A stretch of DNA of 64,000 nucleotides, from positions 526,978-590,977 of the forward strand of contig JAWKZZ010000003.1 of NCBI GenBank assembly GCA_041395785.1, in the 5' to 3' direction. A model generated the notes under the pieces. That model was not told where the DNA came from and ran no database searches. It saw nothing but the letters and a program-made list of their open reading frames with translations. This stretch comes from Pseudomonadales bacterium (GTDB lineage: Bacteria; Pseudomonadota; Gammaproteobacteria; Pseudomonadales; UBA7239). The position numbers were made by a program, and so were the translations under genes. Position 1 is the stretch's first letter, and every line of letters begins with the position of its first letter. Positions 60,362-64,000 of the stretch are shown here, piece after piece.

Positions 60362-61063
60362 ATGATGAGTTCAACGCCAAATAATCAACACGGCTCACTG
60401 GAAACGGCTGTCGCTGGTCAATATGACTTCACTATCGGCGAAATATTGTCGGAAGCATGGGCGCGAATTTATGGCTACAAATTTCCGTACGCCATTATAA
60501 CTTCTGTGTATTTTCTGATTTATTTTGTGGCGTTGGTTTCGGTGATTGCAGTGATGGGCGAAGAAGATTCAGCGCGCGCGCAAGCTGTTATTCAGTTGTT
60601 GAGTTTTGCCATGATGCCGATGAGTGCTGCTCTTACCATGATGGGGCTCGATATGGCTATGGGGCGCCCGATAGCGGTTAAGCAGTTGTTTGCTTATTAC
60701 AATATCCAGGGCTTAGCAGTGATCGGTTTGCAGATTGTTATGATGATGGCCATCGTGTTCGGTTTGTTGTTGTTCATTATTCCTGGTATTTATTTGTCGA
60801 TTGCCTTGATGTTTGCTGTGCCACTGATGCTGGAAAAAAATATTTCCATCATTGACGCTTTTGAGGCATCGCGCAAAGCGGCAACGCATCACTGGTTCAA
60901 ATTGTTTGGTCTTTTGTTTGTGATGGGCGTTATTTTGTTTTTGTCGATGTTGCCCCTGGGAATTGGTTTGATTTGGACGATGCCGATGATGATGGCGGTG
61001 ATCGGCGTGTTGTATCGCCGCATGTTTGGTATTAATGGCCAGGCAGATAGCGTATATCTGTAA
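60362..61063 (+). CDS. Integral membrane protein of unknown function
   Basis: 233 aa with 5-6 hydrophobic helices (e.g. IITSVYFLIYFVALVSVIAV, MMMAIVFGLLLFIIPGIYLSIALMFAV). No catalytic motif was recognised. Confidence 0.6.
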   Translation: MMSSTPNNQHGSLETAVAGQYDFTIGEILSEAWARIYGYKFPYAIITSVYFLIYFVALVSVIAVMGEEDSARAQAVIQLLSFAMMPMSAALTMMGLDMAMGRPIAVKQLFAYYNIQGLAVIGLQIVMMMAIVFGLLLFIIPGIYLSIALMFAVPLMLEKNISIIDAFEASRKAATHHWFKLFGLLFVMGVILFLSMLPLGIGLIWTMPMMMAVIGVLYRRMFGINGQADSVYL

Positions 61064-61538
61064 TAAAAAGCTGTCGTAGGCTATGCGCAGTTTGGAAGCT
61101 GATTTCATCGTCCAGTTGTTTGCCCAGTGCCGCACGCGCTAACGGCGCATCCATGCTGATCCAATTTTTCGCGGGGTTAATTTCATCCGGACCGACAATG
61201 CGGTAACAGTTTTCGTTGCCGTCTTCGTCTTCCACGGTAATCCACGCACCAAAAAATACTTTATTTTGTTGCTCAGGGATGCGGTCGACTACCGTGAGCA
61301 CTTCTAAGCGTTTACTCAAATAGCGCACGCGGCTGTCTATCTCACGCAAGCGGCGCTTGCCATAGATGTAATCGCCATTTTCCGAGCGATCGCCGTTCTT
61401 GGCGGCTTCGTGTACCGCGGCTGTCACTTGTGGCCTTTCGATTTTCCACAAGCGATGCAGTTCTGCGCGCAGATTTTCCGCACCTTCAGGCGTGATGTAG
61501 GCAGAGCCTTTGGGGGCAGGAGGGCGATAGCGTCCCAT
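61032..61538 (-). CDS. greB: Transcription elongation factor GreB
   Basis: MGRYRPPAPKGSAYITPEGAENLRAELHRLW...GDRSENGDYIYGKRRLREIDSRVRYL...FGAWITVEDEDG. The N-terminus is Pseudomonas GreB-like. Confidence 0.9.
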   Translation of the reverse strand: MGRYRPPAPKGSAYITPEGAENLRAELHRLWKIERPQVTAAVHEAAKNGDRSENGDYIYGKRRLREIDSRVRYLSKRLEVLTVVDRIPEQQNKVFFGAWITVEDEDGNENCYRIVGPDEINPAKNWISMDAPLARAALGKQLDDEISFQTAHSLRQLFITDIRYLPGH

Positions 61539-61549
61539 GGTTTTTCTAA

Positions 61550-61879
61550 TCAACCGCCAGCTAACTTTACTTTGAAGCCGCGTTTTTCTAATTCGGCTTT
61601 TAATTTTTCGCGTTGATCGCCTTGAATTTCAATCGTCCAGTCTTTCACTGTGCCGCCAGTGCCGCACAATTGTTTTAACTGTTTGGATAGCGTTTGCAAT
61701 TCTGCGGCGGGCAATTCAAAACCGGTGAGCGTGGTGACGCCTTTGCCATTGCGTCCAGCGGTTTCACGGCGAATGCGTATAAAGCCGTCGCCTTTGGGAG
61801 GTAGATTGGGCAACGGGTCGATGGATTTGATGCGGCCTGTTTCGGTGGAGTACACCAGTTTGCTGTCTTTTTTGCTCAT
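61550..61879 (-). CDS. yciH: SUI1/eIF1-family translation factor YciH
   Basis: MSKKDSKLVYSTETGRI...IRIRRETAGRNGKGVTTLTGF...LKQLCGTGGTVKD...IEIQGDQREKL. Confidence 0.88.
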   Translation of the reverse strand: MSKKDSKLVYSTETGRIKSIDPLPNLPPKGDGFIRIRRETAGRNGKGVTTLTGFELPAAELQTLSKQLKQLCGTGGTVKDWTIEIQGDQREKLKAELEKRGFKVKLAGG

Positions 61880-62862
61880 GGCTGTTTTTCGAGAGTGATG
61901 GCAATTTTTCCAAAGTGCCCACGATTTTGCATGCGTTGGTGAGCGGTTTCTACATGGTGAAAGTCAAATGTGTTGTCAATCACAGGACGAAATTGACTGC
62001 TATCTACCCACGACCAAGCGCGCTGCAGAATGTCACGCACTATCGTGGCTTTTTGTGCGGCAGACTGTGCGCGCAGCGTGGAGCCGGTGATGGTCAGGCG
62101 TTTCATCATCACAGCGGCGAGATTGATTTCCGCTTTGCTGCCGTTCAATACGGCGATATTGACGATACGGCCATCGAGAGCAGCGAGCTTGATGTGCTGT
62201 GCAAGTGCGCTGCCGCCGAGTATATCCAGCGTGACATCTATGCCGTGTTGTTCAGTCGCGCTAAGTAATTTTTCGGTGAGATGATCTTGGTGATAATCAA
62301 AAGCGTGTTCTGCGCCTAAGGATTCGCAGCGCGCACATTTTTCTGCATTGCCCGCCGTTGTAAAAACGCGCGCACCAGCGAGTTTGGCGAGCTGAATGGC
62401 AGTGGTGCCGATGCCGCTACTGCCGGCTTGGATCAAAACGGTTTCACCGGTTTGTAAGTTTCCGCGTTGAAATAAGTTGTGCCACACCGTGATGAAGGAT
62501 TCGGGTAAACAAGCGGCTTCACTGGCGCTGTATTGTTTAGGCCACGGCAAACACTGTGTGGCAGGTGCGTAACAGTAATCGCTGTAGCCGCCGCCGTTCA
62601 CCAGCGCGCAAACACGGTCGCCTTCGCGCCACTGCCGCACATTTTTTCCGCAGGCAGCGACCGTGCCTGCCACCTCTAAACCCAGTATGGGTGAGGCGTC
62701 TGCGGGGGCGGGATACAGTCCTGCTTTTTGCAATAGCTCGGGGCGATTGATGCCGAAAGCAGTGACAGCAATCAGCACTTCTTCATCGCCGATTTCGCGC
62801 AGCGTTTGCTCGGCAATTTGCAAGGATTGATCCGGTAGATGCTGAATGAAGCGCTGCTTCAT
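61876..62862 (-). CDS. NAD(P)H:quinone oxidoreductase, zinc-independent MDR (PIG3/Qor-like)
   Basis: GINRPELLQKAGLYPAP...LGLEVAGTV...LIQAGSSGIGTTAIQLAK...GKI. Length 328 aa. Confidence 0.85.
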   Translation of the reverse strand: MKQRFIQHLPDQSLQIAEQTLREIGDEEVLIAVTAFGINRPELLQKAGLYPAPADASPILGLEVAGTVAACGKNVRQWREGDRVCALVNGGGYSDYCYAPATQCLPWPKQYSASEAACLPESFITVWHNLFQRGNLQTGETVLIQAGSSGIGTTAIQLAKLAGARVFTTAGNAEKCARCESLGAEHAFDYHQDHLTEKLLSATEQHGIDVTLDILGGSALAQHIKLAALDGRIVNIAVLNGSKAEINLAAVMMKRLTITGSTLRAQSAAQKATIVRDILQRAWSWVDSSQFRPVIDNTFDFHHVETAHQRMQNRGHFGKIAITLEKQP

Positions 62863-64000
62863 GCGGTGACCGATGATTGTGTGGCGATGGGTGGGATTGG
62901 TGCGTCGAGTGTGTCGGCCACTGCGCGCAGCAATTCAATCGCTTCTGCGCTGTATTGCTGTTGTTCATTGGCAATGGCGGCGCAGCAGGCTTTTAGCAGG
63001 CGCGGTTTAGCCAGCGCTTGCAGGCGACGCAGTTGTTGTACGGCTTGATCTAGCGCGCCGATGTTGGATAACACCTCTGTATCACATGCGCTAGCAGCTA
63101 AGCCGAGTTGTTGCCAGGCTGTGTCAAAAAAAGTTGGTGCGGTATCAATCGTATGGGTGGCGAGACTCAGTGCAGATAACACGGTGCGGCAGCTGTTTTC
63201 TGTTGCTGCTAAAGCGAGCGAACTTGCGACAGGTTTTTGTGTGTCGAGTGCTTGGCGCAGTATGCGATACAGCGACCATTCAAATAATGAAATGTGCTGA
63301 TCGACATTGATTTGAGCCATCACTGCTTTCAAAAATTGCTCGCGCCGTGTTGTGCTCAATAATTTCAAACTGGGCAAGCACAAATCCAATAATGGTAGGC
63401 GCAAGGTGTAAGGTAATTGTTGTATCGATGCTGCAATTTTTTCGCACAGTGTGAAAACGCTTCCTGCGGTTTGTGTTTGTAAAATAGCGAATGTCTGCGT
63501 GTGGTCTTGCGTGTGGCGATCAATTAATAGGCAGTGCGCTATCGCGCTAGCTCCCCAAGATTCCCGCGCCAGTTTTTGTAGGTTTTCTGGAATGCTAGTG
63601 AGGCGTTGCTTGGCTTCGGTTAGGTGTTCTGGTTGCGGCGCACCGATATTTTCTAAAGCAGCAACGATTCCTGCAGTAGCGATGCCGGTAGCTATTGCCG
63701 GCTGCGTGTACTGAACTTCGCCGTTAACAATTTGCACGCGTGATGGGTCGATAGCCGGTTTGTCGATAACAACCGTGTTGGCATCGATAGCCGTGAATTC
63801 ACCGTCCCAGCGCGCATCGATAGCGCGAATGCGATCTTCTAGGGAGGGGTGAGTGGCAAACAGCGAGGTGCGCAGACTAACACCATCGCCAAAAAATAAA
63901 TGACTGGCCTGCGATGCATTGGGATGTGTGATGAAAGAACCCGATGCGCAACCCCCGATTTTTTTTAAAGCGCCAGCAATGCCTTCTGGATTGCGTGTGT
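62859..64000 (-). CDS. M48-family metallopeptidase-like protein, C-terminal part (gene continues beyond window end)
   Basis: The reading frame is open to the window edge. My translation of 64000-63738 gives TRNPEGIAGALKKIGG...LFATHPSLEDRIRAID, the conserved C-terminal helix of M48/HtpX-like peptidases. A ~290-aa helical extension of unknown function follows. Confidence 0.65.
   Translation of the reverse strand, partial: TRNPEGIAGALKKIGGCASGSFITHPNASQASHLFFGDGVSLRTSLFATHPSLEDRIRAIDARWDGEFTAIDANTVVIDKPAIDPSRVQIVNGEVQYTQPAIATGIATAGIVAALENIGAPQPEHLTEAKQRLTSIPENLQKLARESWGASAIAHCLLIDRHTQDHTQTFAILQTQTAGSVFTLCEKIAASIQQLPYTLRLPLLDLCLPSLKLLSTTRREQFLKAVMAQINVDQHISLFEWSLYRILRQALDTQKPVASSLALAATENSCRTVLSALSLATHTIDTAPTFFDTAWQQLGLAASACDTEVLSNIGALDQAVQQLRRLQALAKPRLLKACCAAIANEQQQYSAEAIELLRAVADTLDAPIPPIATQSSVTA

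Overview
This is a 64-kb chromosomal window from a gammaproteobacterium. Gene order looks Pseudomonas/Cellvibrio-like (recalled from memory, not searched): gacS / cysM-relA; adk-hemH; ponA / pilMNOPQ-aroK-aroB-damX-gltB-gltD-hemE; epmB / efp-epmA; dapA-bamC-MBL-purC; recJ; ribE-ribD-nrdR; glyA; tusA-gloA; greB-yciH-qor. About 80% is ordinary housekeeping sequence, and I saw no rRNA, tRNA, CRISPR array, transposase or integrase. Five areas deserve a second look. (1) A ~10-kb, nine-gene chemosensory operon on the minus strand (37160-47057) has two CheA paralogues, CheX, a triple-CheW scaffold, two CheY, CheR and CheB, but no receptor (MCP) gene and no output domain. It sits divergent from a 545-aa unknown protein with a PilZ-like C-terminus, and is my best candidate for an uncharacterised signalling system. 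(2) A visibly AT-richer two-gene radical-SAM insertion (B12-binding rSAM plus rSAM/SPASM, 55537-58187) lies inside the conserved glyA...nrdR-ribD block. The SPASM gene is broken by three frameshifts at A-runs. (3) efp is frameshifted at the conserved GL(K/R)GDT motif, although it lies between intact epmB and epmA. (4) A perfect 9-bp x 8 tandem repeat abuts the hemE start codon. (5) Two convergent c-di-GMP proteins both have degenerate catalytic motifs: an HD-GYP carrying KD...GFP, and a FimX-like REC-PAS-GGDEF-EAL. All family assignments come from reading motifs by eye and from remembered reference sequences. No database search or computation was run.
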